From: Alphaproteobacteria bacterium
GTDB taxonomy: Bacteria > Pseudomonadota > Alphaproteobacteria > Bin95
Reading direction: 5' to 3'
DNA length: 64,000 nt
Assembly (NCBI GenBank): GCA_964291285.2
Contig: OZ219788.1
Span: forward strand, 192,001 to 256,000
Shown here piece after piece: positions 40,806 through 50,381 of this stretch (the first letter of the stretch is position 1; each line of letters opens with the position of its first letter). The translations under genes were made by a program, and so were the position numbers. The notes below the pieces were generated by a model, which was given only the letters and a program-made list of their open reading frames with translations, was not told where the DNA came from and searched no databases.

Positions 40806-41138
40806 ATGACGGCAGCAACGATGGCGATGCCCGGCAATACGGCGAGCACGTTCCTGGTCCACTATTTCGGCGGCGGCCTCGACGGCGACGACCGCTTCGT
40901 GGTCGAGCGGTTCCGCGCCCTGGCCTGCGGCGACATTCGTCCGGTCCGGGACGGCGAGGAGAACGCGAAGGGGCGGCGCAAGGTCAGGCGCACCGTGGTC
41001 TCGCGCAAGGAAGCCGAGGCGATGCGCCCGGAGCGCACCGAGATCATCATCTGCACCGGCCTTCGCACCCGCGGCGGGAAACAGGCCTGGGGTTCGGTTG
41101 CGGCGGGCCTCCTGTGCGACCGCAAGCAGCGCGGCTGA
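40806..41138 (+). CDS. hypothetical protein
   Basis: GGAG RBS; plausible protein composition; co-directional island gene. Confidence 0.55.
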   Translation: MTAATMAMPGNTASTFLVHYFGGGLDGDDRFVVERFRALACGDIRPVRDGEENAKGRRKVRRTVVSRKEAEAMRPERTEIIICTGLRTRGGKQAWGSVAAGLLCDRKQRG

Positions 41139-41225
41139 GCGCTTTCCCGAGGGATGTCCGGCCGGCCCACCCGGGTCGGCCGGGCGTCCCTCTTCCGTTT
41201 TCCCCACGGCAAGGAGAACGCTCCC

Positions 41226-42248
41226 ATGTGCGAGCAGCAGGACATCGGGGCGCGGCGCGCGCGGAACCTGGAGCGCTGGCGTCGTCGGGTTGCCGACCGG
41301 CGCGCGCGCGGCAAGTGCATCGGGTGCGGCAAGCGCAAACCCGAGCCCGCGCGGACCCTGTGCGCGTCCTGCGGCGAGAAGCGGAACCGGGCGAGCCGGG
41401 CCAGGGACGCAAGGCTGCGCACCGCCGGCCTCCCCCGGAGAGACCCCGACAAGGCCCGCGCCCAGGAGCGCGACCGGTCCCGCCGCGAGGCTGAAATGCG
41501 CCGCGACGCCGGGCTCTGCATCCGGTGCGGCAAGCAGCCGGCCGCCGATGGCCGTGCGTCCTGCGAGCCGTGCCTGGAGAAGCGCCGGGCAGCCGACCGC
41601 GCGAAATACGCCGCCGGGAAAGCCGCCGGCCTCAAGTATGGCGGGGCCGATGCCGAAGCCAAAAGGCGCGCCGCCCGGGCGAAGAGCAAGCGCCGCCAGA
41701 AAGCCCGGATCAAGACGGGACTCTGTATCCGCTGCGGCAGGCAGCCCCCTGCCGGGGGCGGAACCACCTGCCAGCCCTGCCGGGACAGGAGGCAGGCGGC
41801 GGAACGGCGGCAATACCGGGACCGGCGCCGGGCCGGGCTCTGCACCCGGTGCGGCGCCGCCGTCCATGACGGTCTGTCGCGCTGCGCTGCGTGTGCCGCC
41901 ATCGAGGAGGCCAGCCACGACCCGGAGCGCAAGAACGCGCGCTCGCGGCAGTTGTACGCCCGACGCCGGGCCGCCGGCCTGTGCACGGCCTGCGGGGCGC
42001 CGTCACAGGGGGCGGCGCGCTGTGCGCCCTGTGCCGAGAGGTCGTATCACGGCTCGGCGCATTTCAGGGGCATCCCGGTCCACGAGCCGGTCTGGACCGT
42101 GATCGAACTGGGGACCGGCCGCGAGCACGGTCCGTTCGACGATCCGGCCGATGTCGCCCTCTGCCTCGCCTTCGGGAAGCTCGACCGCAACCGCGTCGAG
42201 ATCGTCGCCGACGCCCCCGTCACCGCCTCCTTCACCGCCTGGACCTGA
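41226..42248 (+). CDS. Cys/Arg-rich protein with five G-x-CxxCG...CxxC zinc-finger-like repeats
   Basis: CIGC..CASC, CIRC..CEPC, CIRC..CQPC, CTRC..CAAC, CTAC..CAPC; AAGGAG RBS. Confidence 0.7.
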   Translation: MCEQQDIGARRARNLERWRRRVADRRARGKCIGCGKRKPEPARTLCASCGEKRNRASRARDARLRTAGLPRRDPDKARAQERDRSRREAEMRRDAGLCIRCGKQPAADGRASCEPCLEKRRAADRAKYAAGKAAGLKYGGADAEAKRRAARAKSKRRQKARIKTGLCIRCGRQPPAGGGTTCQPCRDRRQAAERRQYRDRRRAGLCTRCGAAVHDGLSRCAACAAIEEASHDPERKNARSRQLYARRRAAGLCTACGAPSQGAARCAPCAERSYHGSAHFRGIPVHEPVWTVIELGTGREHGPFDDPADVALCLAFGKLDRNRVEIVADAPVTASFTAWT

Positions 42249-42416
42249 CATGCTGTCCCGGGCGGCGATGGCGGCGCTCGCCTGGCCGCGATCCGCCGCG
42301 CCGTCCCTGTGTCGTGGAGAGGAGTGAAGCGCCTGCCGGGCGAGTGTCCGGCAGGGCGGAGGAGAGGAACTCCCCGCGCCGATGCCGGATCGGACACCGG
42401 CAGAGGAGTTCCCGCC

Positions 42417-42623
42417 ATGTTCCATCCCGATACACCCCTCGACCTTCCGCTCGGCTGCGACCTGCTCGCCGAACTCGGCGTCGACCATCGCACCGTCCGC
42501 GAGATCGCCGAGGACGAGCGTGCCATCCGCTGTCCCGACCGGGGCGCGGCCTGTCCGGTGCACGGCTTCGCGAGCCTCTTCCCGGAACCGGCGTCGTCGT
42601 TCTCTCCGGGCGGTCAAGGGTAG
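42417..42623 (+). CDS. small hypothetical protein
   Basis: GAGGAG RBS; MFHPDTPLDL...CPDRGAACPVH. Confidence 0.45.
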   Translation: MFHPDTPLDLPLGCDLLAELGVDHRTVREIAEDERAIRCPDRGAACPVHGFASLFPEPASSFSPGGQG

Positions 42624-42727
42624 AGGAGGGCCTGAAGAGATTGAACGGGCGGGGGTTCGGGGGAGTGACCCCGGCCCCGGTCGTTCGCAACCCATCGTCA
42701 TCAACACGAACCTGAAGGAGTATCGCA

Positions 42728-43174
42728 ATGAGCTTCGGATTGAACAAGGTGCAGATCATCGGCCGCCTCGGCGCGGACGTCACCATCAACCACCTGCAGA
42801 ACGGCGGCCGCGTGGCCAATCTGAGCGTTGCCACCGACGAGAGCTACATCGACCGGAACGGCAGCGGCGAGCGGATCGACAGGACCGAGTGGCACCGGGT
42901 CGTGACCTTCCAGGACGGGCTGATCGACATGCTGGTCAAGCACGCCACGAAGGGCCGGCTGGTCTACATCGACGGCAAGCTCCAGACCCGGCGCTGGAAG
43001 AAGCCGGGCGAGGACTCCGACCGCTTCTCGACCGAGATCCTGCTGGTCCCGGGCGGGCGCGTCCAGTTCCTCGACAAGGCGAACGGCAACGCCGCGCAGC
43101 CCGGCCCGGACGCGGCGGACGGTTCCGTGCCGGCCGGCGGCGACCCGATGGACGAGGACCATATCCCGTTCTAG
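42728..43174 (+). CDS. ssb: single-stranded DNA-binding protein
   Basis: NKV.IIGRLG, S.AT.E, TEWHRV, G.LQTR.W, acidic tail ending HIPF. Confidence 0.95.
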   Translation: MSFGLNKVQIIGRLGADVTINHLQNGGRVANLSVATDESYIDRNGSGERIDRTEWHRVVTFQDGLIDMLVKHATKGRLVYIDGKLQTRRWKKPGEDSDRFSTEILLVPGGRVQFLDKANGNAAQPGPDAADGSVPAGGDPMDEDHIPF

Positions 43175-43202
43175 AGCTTCCCGTTCTTCCCCCCCCCCCC
43201 AC

Positions 43203-43232
43203 AGGGCCGGCGCCTCGTGCGTCGGCCCTTTT
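43203..43232 (+). terminator. putative intrinsic terminator after ssb
   Basis: AGGGCCGGCGC-CTCGT-GCGTCGGCCCT followed by a short T run. Confidence 0.55.
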
Positions 43233-43360
43233 CTCATGCGGGCAGGTTCGAGTCTCGCCGCGGCGCATACGGGAGTGGGAGCGAGGCTGGAAAGCGGGTG
43301 AACCGCGCGAGGAGGAGAGGGAGCCCGCTCGCGCACCCGTCACGCGACCCGGAGAACCCG

Positions 43361-43588
43361 ATGAGCACCATCTCCTTCCGCCGCATCGCCCCCGACGAAT
43401 CCCGCATCTACCGGGACGGCGACCATGTCGGCGACATCCACGCCTTCGACGACAGCATCCGGCCGGGGCGCAGGGTGTTCGCCATACATCTCGACGAGGA
43501 CCCGCGCGGGCCGGTGTATCTCCACGACCGCACCCGCATCCGCGAGACCGCCCGGCAGCGGGTCGACTCCCATCCCCTGTGGAACTGA
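43361..43588 (+). CDS. small hypothetical protein
   Basis: GGAG RBS; MSTISFRRI...IHLDEDPRGP. Confidence 0.55.
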   Translation: MSTISFRRIAPDESRIYRDGDHVGDIHAFDDSIRPGRRVFAIHLDEDPRGPVYLHDRTRIRETARQRVDSHPLWN

Positions 43589-43961
43589 CGCAAGGGCGGG
43601 CAACGGCGCCTCCCGCTCCGGCGCCGTGCCGGGCCGAAACGACGATGGGGTCCGTGCAGGGCGAGAGAAATACGCCACCCCGCTGTGATCTCCAATCGTG
43701 TCACACGTGCTCGCGACAGCAACCCCTGCGGGGTCCTCCGGTCGCTCCGCTCCCTGCGGCCCGGGCAAGAAGCTCCAAGGGCGGACCGTGAAAGTCGACG
43801 ACCGTGAAGATCGCAGGGCGATCTTCCGCACCATCGCCGACTTTCCGCACCACTCCGCCCCAAGAGCTTCTACGCCCGGGTGCTTCTGCTGCGCGCGCGT
43901 GCCCCGACAGGACATCACAACGGGGATCGGCCCCGAACGTGAAAACCGAAAGGAAAACGAC

Positions 43962-44888
43962 ATGACCTTCCATACCGATACCACCGAAACCGCAGCACAG
44001 TCCGCAACCGCGATCGTCTGCGACAACGCCGTTCTCTTCGGCGCAACCCCCGAGCGCGACGAGTTCGACACCCGGGAGATCTGGGACCAGGACGAGGCCA
44101 TCACCGCCGTCGCCGAAGCCTTCCGCATCCTCAGCCAGGGCGTCGCGCCCGACGGATACCAGATGGCAGACGAACGCGAACACCTCCTCTGGGGCTTCGT
44201 CAACATGCTCCACGCACAGACACAGCGCCTCGACCGCGCCGCCGACAGGCTCACCCCCGAACTCCAGGACCTCCAGCGCACACAGGACGGCTCCGAGATC
44301 AGGTCGCTGGAACTGGAACTCGTGACCGACCGCGCACAGTGCCTCACCGCACGCCGCGACGCCTTCGAGACCCTGCGCAACGAGGCCGCCGAAGCCTACC
44401 GCGCAGACACCGGCGACACTTGGCGGCCCCGGCGCGGCAGCCACGCCAGCCAGACCGGACATCTGACCTCCGCTGCCATCGACGCCCGCGACTTCGTCCG
44501 CGCCCGAAAGGACCGCAAGACACAGGCTCACCTGCCCCAGGGAACCCTCGTCGCCATCGCAGGCGGAAAGGACATCGCAAACCCGGCGGCGGTCATCGAG
44601 CGCCTCGACAAGGTCCGCGCCAGGTATGCCGACCTCGTGCTCGTGCATGGCGGCGGCCCCGGCGTCGAGAAGATCGCCGCAAGCTGGGCAGAGCGCAACG
44701 GCGTCCACCAGGTCGTCTGCAAGCCCGACTGGGACCGCCACGGTCGCGCCGCACCCTTCCGCCGCAACGACGAACTGCTCAACCTCCTGCCCAAGGGCGT
44801 CATCGCCTTCCCCGGCTCCGGCATCACCGAGAACCTCGTCGACAAGGCGAAGCAGCTCGGCATCCCGGTGATGAAGGTAGCAGCCTGA
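43962..44888 (+). CDS. DUF2493 (YspA-like SLOG) domain protein
   Basis: C-terminal AIAGG, LVHGG..G.E.IA..WA, PDW..HG.AAPFRRN, FPG.GI. Confidence 0.85.
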   Translation: MTFHTDTTETAAQSATAIVCDNAVLFGATPERDEFDTREIWDQDEAITAVAEAFRILSQGVAPDGYQMADEREHLLWGFVNMLHAQTQRLDRAADRLTPELQDLQRTQDGSEIRSLELELVTDRAQCLTARRDAFETLRNEAAEAYRADTGDTWRPRRGSHASQTGHLTSAAIDARDFVRARKDRKTQAHLPQGTLVAIAGGKDIANPAAVIERLDKVRARYADLVLVHGGGPGVEKIAASWAERNGVHQVVCKPDWDRHGRAAPFRRNDELLNLLPKGVIAFPGSGITENLVDKAKQLGIPVMKVAA

Positions 44889-45526
44889 CCGCAACGCATC
44901 GCGGGCCGTGTCGTCGCTCCGGCGGCGGCACGGTCCGTTTCCTCTTTCGCACATCGATGACGCGGCAACGCCAACCTCGCGCGCTTCGCGCCGCACTCGT
45001 GCTCCGGCTTCGCCGATCGCGCTTGCGTTCCGCGTCCGCGTCACGCGCCGCTGCACCATGCTTCGCCCGGGTGCATCGCCGTCCGCGCCGATCCCGGCGC
45101 ACCGCCCGCCGCACTTCCGCCAGCGTGACTGTCGACGGCACTGCCGGCGCTGCCGCCCGTCCGCTCGGCACGGTGCTTCGCACCAGTGCCCGCGCTCGCG
45201 CCGGCGAGGCCGTCCGCTCACACGCCGCGGCGGCTCCCCTCCGCCGCTCTCGCCAGCGTCGATTTCCCCATCGTGAATGCTATCCCTTCCGGCTCTGTCT
45301 CGACGGCGGAGCCGCTATTTCGTCACACCCGACGCATCCTTGATGCAGGGAGCGAGGCCCGGCCGGCCTGCATCGGTCGGCAGTTTTCCGTTGCGTGACA
45401 GACGGTTGGGCCTGATCCGCCCTGTGGCCGCGATCCCCCGCGCGGGTCGCGTTGTCCGTTCAGGAGCGCCGTTCCGTTCCCCCGGGACGGACGGCGCCCG
45501 AGGGAACAGACAACGGAGACACGCCC

Positions 45527-46663
45527 ATGCGCATCCATGCCCCCGTCAACGAGCGGACGGTCCGCCGCACCTTCAGGGAGAAGAAACCCGGACGATACGG
45601 CCTGACCGTCATCGACAGGGACCTGCCCGCCTTCGGCTTCACCGTCGCCGGGAACGGAACGAAGACCTTCTTCGTCCGGACCTCACGCCAGTTCGGCGCG
45701 CCCAGGGCGATCCTCGGCACGACCGACGACATGACCGCCGCCGAGGCGAGGGAGAAGGCCATTGCCGCCATCGCCGAAGCCAAAGCCGACCGCGAGACCG
45801 GGCCGCTGTTCGCCGACTTCGCGGCCGACTTCATGCGCCGCCAGGGGCGGCGCTGGAAACCCTCCACGAGGAAGGCCAACGCCCATCTGATCGAGCGCCG
45901 CCTCCTGCCCTTCTTCGGCGCGATGCCCGTCGCGAAGATCGACCGCGCCGATGTGCGGCGCTGGTTCGATTCCCTCAGCGGAACCCCCGGCAGCGCCAAC
46001 CGGACCCTGCCGGTGCTGTCGGTGATGATGCGGCAGGCGGAGCTGTGGGACCTTCGCCCGCAGGGCTCCAACCCCTGCCGCAACATGCGGCGCTACAGGA
46101 CGGCGCCGCGCGAGCGGTTCCTGTCCCTGGACGAGTTGAAGCGCCTCGGCTTCGTCCTCGACCATGCCGAGGACCGGCAGGCCGCCGCCGCCATCCGCCT
46201 GCTGCTGTTCACCGGCGCCCGGTCGTCCGAGATCGCCGGCCTGCAATGGGACTGGATACGGGACACCCGCGCGGTGTTGCCGGACTCCAAGACCGGACCG
46301 AAGGCGCTCCAGCTTCCCCCGCCCGCGCGGGCCGTCCTGAATGGCCTGCCGCGCGAGGGACGCTTCGTCTTCCCGAACGGGAAGGGCGACGGCCCGATGA
46401 CCGACCTCGGCCTGCGCTGGCAGAAGCTGCGCGGTCTCGCCGGGCTGGACGATGTGCGCATCCACGACTGCCGGCATACCTTCGCCTCCCATGCCGTGAT
46501 GAGCGGCCTCGACCTCTACACCGTCGGCCGCCTGCTCGGCCATGCCGATACCGCCTCCACCGAACGCTACGCCCATCTCGCCGACAAGCATGTCCGCGAG
46601 GCGGCCGGGCGCATCTCCGGCATCGTCCACGAGGCCATGACCGGGAAGGAGAGCGGGCGATGA
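45527..46663 (+). CDS. tyrosine recombinase/integrase (first of a tandem pair)
   Basis: TGARSSE, SKTG, HDCRH, LLGH, TERY. Confidence 0.92.
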   Translation: MRIHAPVNERTVRRTFREKKPGRYGLTVIDRDLPAFGFTVAGNGTKTFFVRTSRQFGAPRAILGTTDDMTAAEAREKAIAAIAEAKADRETGPLFADFAADFMRRQGRRWKPSTRKANAHLIERRLLPFFGAMPVAKIDRADVRRWFDSLSGTPGSANRTLPVLSVMMRQAELWDLRPQGSNPCRNMRRYRTAPRERFLSLDELKRLGFVLDHAEDRQAAAAIRLLLFTGARSSEIAGLQWDWIRDTRAVLPDSKTGPKALQLPPPARAVLNGLPREGRFVFPNGKGDGPMTDLGLRWQKLRGLAGLDDVRIHDCRHTFASHAVMSGLDLYTVGRLLGHADTASTERYAHLADKHVREAAGRISGIVHEAMTGKESGR

Positions 46664-48009
46664 GCGGCGGCAGGCATCGTGTCCGGCTCACCGTGAAGGC
46701 CGTCGCCGCCGCCAAGCCGGCGGAACGGGAATACACCCTGTGGGACAATCTGCTGGCGCATTTCGGGGTCAGGGTGCAGCCCTCCGGCGTCCGGTCCTGG
46801 ATCGTCCAGACCCGCGTCCGGGGACGCATGCGCAAGATCACCCTCGGGCGCTTCCCCGAACTGCCTCTCGACGCGGCGCGCCGGGAAGGCGCGGCCGTGC
46901 TCGCCCGCCTGTGGGGCGGCGAGGACGTGACGCCGCCGCGCAAGGAGAAGGCGCCGCTGTTCCGGGACTTCGCCGCCCGTTACCGCTCGCGGCGGAAACA
47001 CCGCTGGAAGCCGTCCTCGCTCAAGACCTTCGATAGCTACATGAAGAACCGCCTGATGCCGCATTTCGGCAGGCTCCGGCTCGACGCCATCGACCATGCC
47101 CGCGTCTCGGCATGGTTCGACGCCGCCAGCGCGGACAGGCCCGGCGCCGCCAACCGCGCCTTCGAGATTCTCCGCGCCATGCTCGGGACGGCCCGGCAGT
47201 GGGGCGACATCGGCGAGCATGTCCCCGACGCCTGCGCCAACATCGTGAAGAACCCCCGCAAGCCTGTCGCGCGCTACCTCAGCCGCGAAGAACTGGAGCG
47301 TCTCGGAGCGGTGCTCGACCGCCACCGGGAGCAGCACCCCTGGCCGGTGGCGGCCATCCGGCTGCTGACCCTGACCGGAGCGCGGCTCTCTGAAGTCATC
47401 AACCTCAGGTGGGACGAGATCGGAGAGCTGGGCGGAGACGGCGCGAGCGCGCGCATCGAAGACTCCAAGACCGGCCCGCGCACCATCTGGCTCGGACCCG
47501 AAGCGGCAAGGCTGGTCGAGGCGCTGCCGCGACCGGATGGCCGGGAGCGGGTGTTCCCCAAGACCCTCACACCGGCAAGGCTCTACACCTTCTGGTGCGG
47601 TATCCGCGACGAGGCGGGGCTTCCGGGCCTTCGCATCCACGACTGCCGCCATACCTGGGCCTCGCAGGGCGTCATGAACGGCGTCGGGCTCACCACCGTC
47701 GGACGGCTGCTCGGTCACCGCAAGCGGGAGACCACCGCGATCTACGCCCATCTCGACGATGGCGCGCTGCGCGACGCCGCCGCCCAGGCCGCGGGCGTCA
47801 TCGCGCGAGCGATGGGGTACAGGGCGGAAGCGCCTCCGCTGCCGGACAAGGCGGAACACGGCGACGTATTGGCCGCAGCGCCCGGGCTCCCGGGTCCCGG
47901 AAAGCCAACCGCGCCAGAGAAGGAGCGGATTCCTCTTCGTGGCAGATCCCGGGATCCGGAGCGATCGGATGCAAGCATCCGCCGAAGACCGCAGGGTATC
48001 GAGATCTGA
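46660..48009 (+). CDS. tyrosine recombinase/integrase (second of a tandem pair)
   Basis: ATGA overlap; WD....FGVRVQPSG, TGARLSE, SKTG, HDCRH, LLGH, TAIY. Confidence 0.92.
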   Translation: MSGGRHRVRLTVKAVAAAKPAEREYTLWDNLLAHFGVRVQPSGVRSWIVQTRVRGRMRKITLGRFPELPLDAARREGAAVLARLWGGEDVTPPRKEKAPLFRDFAARYRSRRKHRWKPSSLKTFDSYMKNRLMPHFGRLRLDAIDHARVSAWFDAASADRPGAANRAFEILRAMLGTARQWGDIGEHVPDACANIVKNPRKPVARYLSREELERLGAVLDRHREQHPWPVAAIRLLTLTGARLSEVINLRWDEIGELGGDGASARIEDSKTGPRTIWLGPEAARLVEALPRPDGRERVFPKTLTPARLYTFWCGIRDEAGLPGLRIHDCRHTWASQGVMNGVGLTTVGRLLGHRKRETTAIYAHLDDGALRDAAAQAAGVIARAMGYRAEAPPLPDKAEHGDVLAAAPGLPGPGKPTAPEKERIPLRGRSRDPERSDASIRRRPQGIEI

Positions 48010-48129
48010 GCTTGTGGCGAGCGTGGAGCCGATCGGGGAGGGTCAGGCAGGGTCTTTGCCATGCGCCCCGATCAGGTTGCCGGTTGTCCCGCCAGTTACA
48101 GGGAAAGGGCCCGTCGAGCCGGCTCTGCG

Positions 48130-48540
48130 GGCTCGTCGTTCATGCCGGCAATGTTCAGGACCGCGACGGAGCCCCGGCCGTGCGGAAATCGATCCGCCAT
48201 GCCTGCCCCCCGCCTTCGCGGGGGCAGGCTCCTGGCTGCGCCATCTGTTCGCCGACGGCGGGTATGCCGGGCCGAAGCTGCGCGGCGCCTCGACAGGATC
48301 GGCAAGTGGACGCTCGAGATCGTCAAGCGGTCGGTCATCGCAAGCGGCTTCGAAAGCCTCTCTGGACGATGGGTCGCCGGACGCACCTTCGCGTGGCTCG
48401 GACGCTGCCGCAGGTTGGCGAAAGACCGGGAGAAATCCATCGCCTCAAGCGAAGCATGGATCGAAATTGCTCACATCAGGCTTACAACACGGCGCCTCGC
48501 AAGGCCCTGTAATCCTTGAAGGAGTTTCAAGTCAGGTTCC
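48130..48540 (+). pseudogene. degenerate IS5-family (IS1031-like) transposase 3' remnant
   Basis: H.GNVQDRDGA, WLRHLFADGGYAG, RWV..RTFAWL.R.RRL.KD spread over three frames. Confidence 0.8.
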
Positions 48541-48635
48541 GAGGCGGACGCGCCTGTCGAATGGCAATCAGCATTCTGTTGGATTTTAGAACATTCTTAT
48601 GCCATATTGTATGCAAATAAGACATGGAGGCTCCA

Positions 48636-48980
48636 ATGGCACCTGTTACGACACTCGAGCCCAAGACCGTACCGGCATTCCCTGCCGGGGAAATCGAGGC
48701 CTGTATCCGCGACGTCCTGGCGGACACAGGCGCGATGCAGGTGGCGCTGCACGGCGGCGCAACACCAGCAGGCGACCCGGGCAGCGCGGTCGGTCCGCAG
48801 CCGGTGATCGATTCGCTGGTCGTTGTGGAAGTGCTGCTTGAAATCGAGCCGAAAGTACCGTTCGCGCTTCCCGACAGTCTGGTACAGGCGGGCGGTTACG
48901 ACAATGTCGATGAGGTCGTGCAGCATCTTGTGCCACAACTGGAGCGGCGGTGGCGCAAGCATCATGAGGAGAAAAATTGA
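48636..48980 (+). CDS. acyl-carrier-protein-like small protein
   Basis: IDSLVVVEVLLEIE matches the ACP helix II DSL motif; GGAGG RBS. Confidence 0.6.
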   Translation: MAPVTTLEPKTVPAFPAGEIEACIRDVLADTGAMQVALHGGATPAGDPGSAVGPQPVIDSLVVVEVLLEIEPKVPFALPDSLVQAGGYDNVDEVVQHLVPQLERRWRKHHEEKN

Positions 48981-49372
48981 TGGCGGACAAAAGTAGGCAA
49001 GGCGAAACCTGGAGGGACGAAACGATTGACCGGCAACAGCTTGGCGCGCGTTTGCGCGAGGCGCGAGAGTACTTGGGCCTATCACAGGATGAAGTAGCAA
49101 AGTACCTCGGGATTCCGCGAACGGCGTTGTCGCATATCGAAAGCGGTCAGCGCCGCCTCGACGCGCTGGAACTGAAAAAGGCTGCGCATCTGTATAAGCG
49201 CCCCATTGCCCATTTCACCGGAGAGGCAGAAGCTGATGCAAGCCTGCCTGACGACATCGCCCATCTGGCGCGTGCCGCTGCCGGCTTTTCGGAAAGGGAT
49301 CGCCAGGAATTGAGCCGGTTTGCCGACTATCTGCGGGCACGCGCGCAAAGCGAGGGGTCCTCGGATGGCTGA
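48980..49372 (+). CDS. XRE/Cro-family HTH regulator
   Basis: LREARE.LGLSQ.EVA..LGI.R.ALS.IESG.R; TGATG coupling. Confidence 0.92.
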   Translation: MADKSRQGETWRDETIDRQQLGARLREAREYLGLSQDEVAKYLGIPRTALSHIESGQRRLDALELKKAAHLYKRPIAHFTGEAEADASLPDDIAHLARAAAGFSERDRQELSRFADYLRARAQSEGSSDG

Positions 49373-50381
49373 CGTCCGCAATGCCATTTTGCGCGGCAAA
49401 CGCGCGGCCGGCCGGTTGCACCGAGCGTTAGGAATGCGGGAGCGTGTCGAAGCGGAAGGCGGCCGGATCGACGTGTTCGACACGATCATTAAATCGGGTG
49501 TGCCGCTTTTGTTTAAGCCGCTAGAAGGATTGCTCGGCGTTTTCATCAATGAGCCGATGCCCGGTGTCATGGTGACGACGAAGCGGGGACTCAGTATTCA
49601 GCGCTTCACCGGCGCTCATGAGCTGGGGCATTGCGTCCTTGATCATCGTCCGAGTCTTGATGATGAGTCGATTTTGCGACGGTCGCCGTTCAATACCACG
49701 CCGGATTACGAGCAGCAAGAACTCGAAGCGGACGCATTCGCCACGGAGTTCATGATGCCGCCTTGGCTGTTCGTGGCGCATTTCCTGCGACACGAGTGGA
49801 CGCCTGCGTTGATGGCGGATCCGCTGATGGTCTATCAACTCTCGCTGCGGATCGGTACGAGCTATGAGGCCACATGCCGGTCATTGATGCGGCCCGGCGT
49901 TGCCGTGATACAGAAGAACACGGTCGATAACCTGCTCCGTGTGCAGCCCAAGGCCATCAAGAAAGCGTTGCTCGGAGACTATGAACCGCCCGACTGGCGG
50001 CGGGATGTCTGGCTGCTGACGAAAAATGACGAAGGTGCCGTCATTGAGGGCAGCCGTTCGGACCTCTTTGTGCTCAAGTTGAAAGAACACAGCGGGTCCG
50101 GCTATGTCTGGACCTTCGACGAACTCAACGAAGCGGGCTTTGCCATTGTCCGCGACGAGCGTGAGGGACCGGACGGCGAAACAATCGGCGGGCACGTGAT
50201 GCGGTCGATTACGGCGCGCTCCGAAGGACCGCAACAGGGACGAATGGCACTTGCAGAGCGGCGCCCATGGCTTGCCGAAGGCGCACCACTGGCCTCATTC
50301 TGCGTCCACTATGACCTGAGCGGGCCGCAAGATGAAGGGATGTCGCAAGCCGAGCGGCGGCGTCTGCTGGGGGCCGCCTGA
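49365..50381 (+). CDS. ImmA/IrrE family metallopeptidase with C-terminal chagasin/I42-like domain
   Basis: RFT.AHELGH and E.EAD.FA...LMP-like motifs; C-terminal L.EHSGSGY.W ... IGG ... RRPW. Confidence 0.85.
   Translation: MADVRNAILRGKRAAGRLHRALGMRERVEAEGGRIDVFDTIIKSGVPLLFKPLEGLLGVFINEPMPGVMVTTKRGLSIQRFTGAHELGHCVLDHRPSLDDESILRRSPFNTTPDYEQQELEADAFATEFMMPPWLFVAHFLRHEWTPALMADPLMVYQLSLRIGTSYEATCRSLMRPGVAVIQKNTVDNLLRVQPKAIKKALLGDYEPPDWRRDVWLLTKNDEGAVIEGSRSDLFVLKLKEHSGSGYVWTFDELNEAGFAIVRDEREGPDGETIGGHVMRSITARSEGPQQGRMALAERRPWLAEGAPLASFCVHYDLSGPQDEGMSQAERRRLLGAA

Noticed and set aside
43189-43200. C12 homopolymer as a phase-variation switch
   Set aside because: Intergenic, between the ssb stop and a terminator-like hairpin; not in a CDS or evident promoter
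45277-48009. 910-aa ORF suggesting a giant fused integrase
   Set aside because: The first ~460 codons are an off-frame overlap of the first integrase; the real gene starts at ATG 46660
45527-48009. RIT element
   Set aside because: Only two adjacent recombinases; the third is 6 kb away, and no terminal inverted repeats were identified
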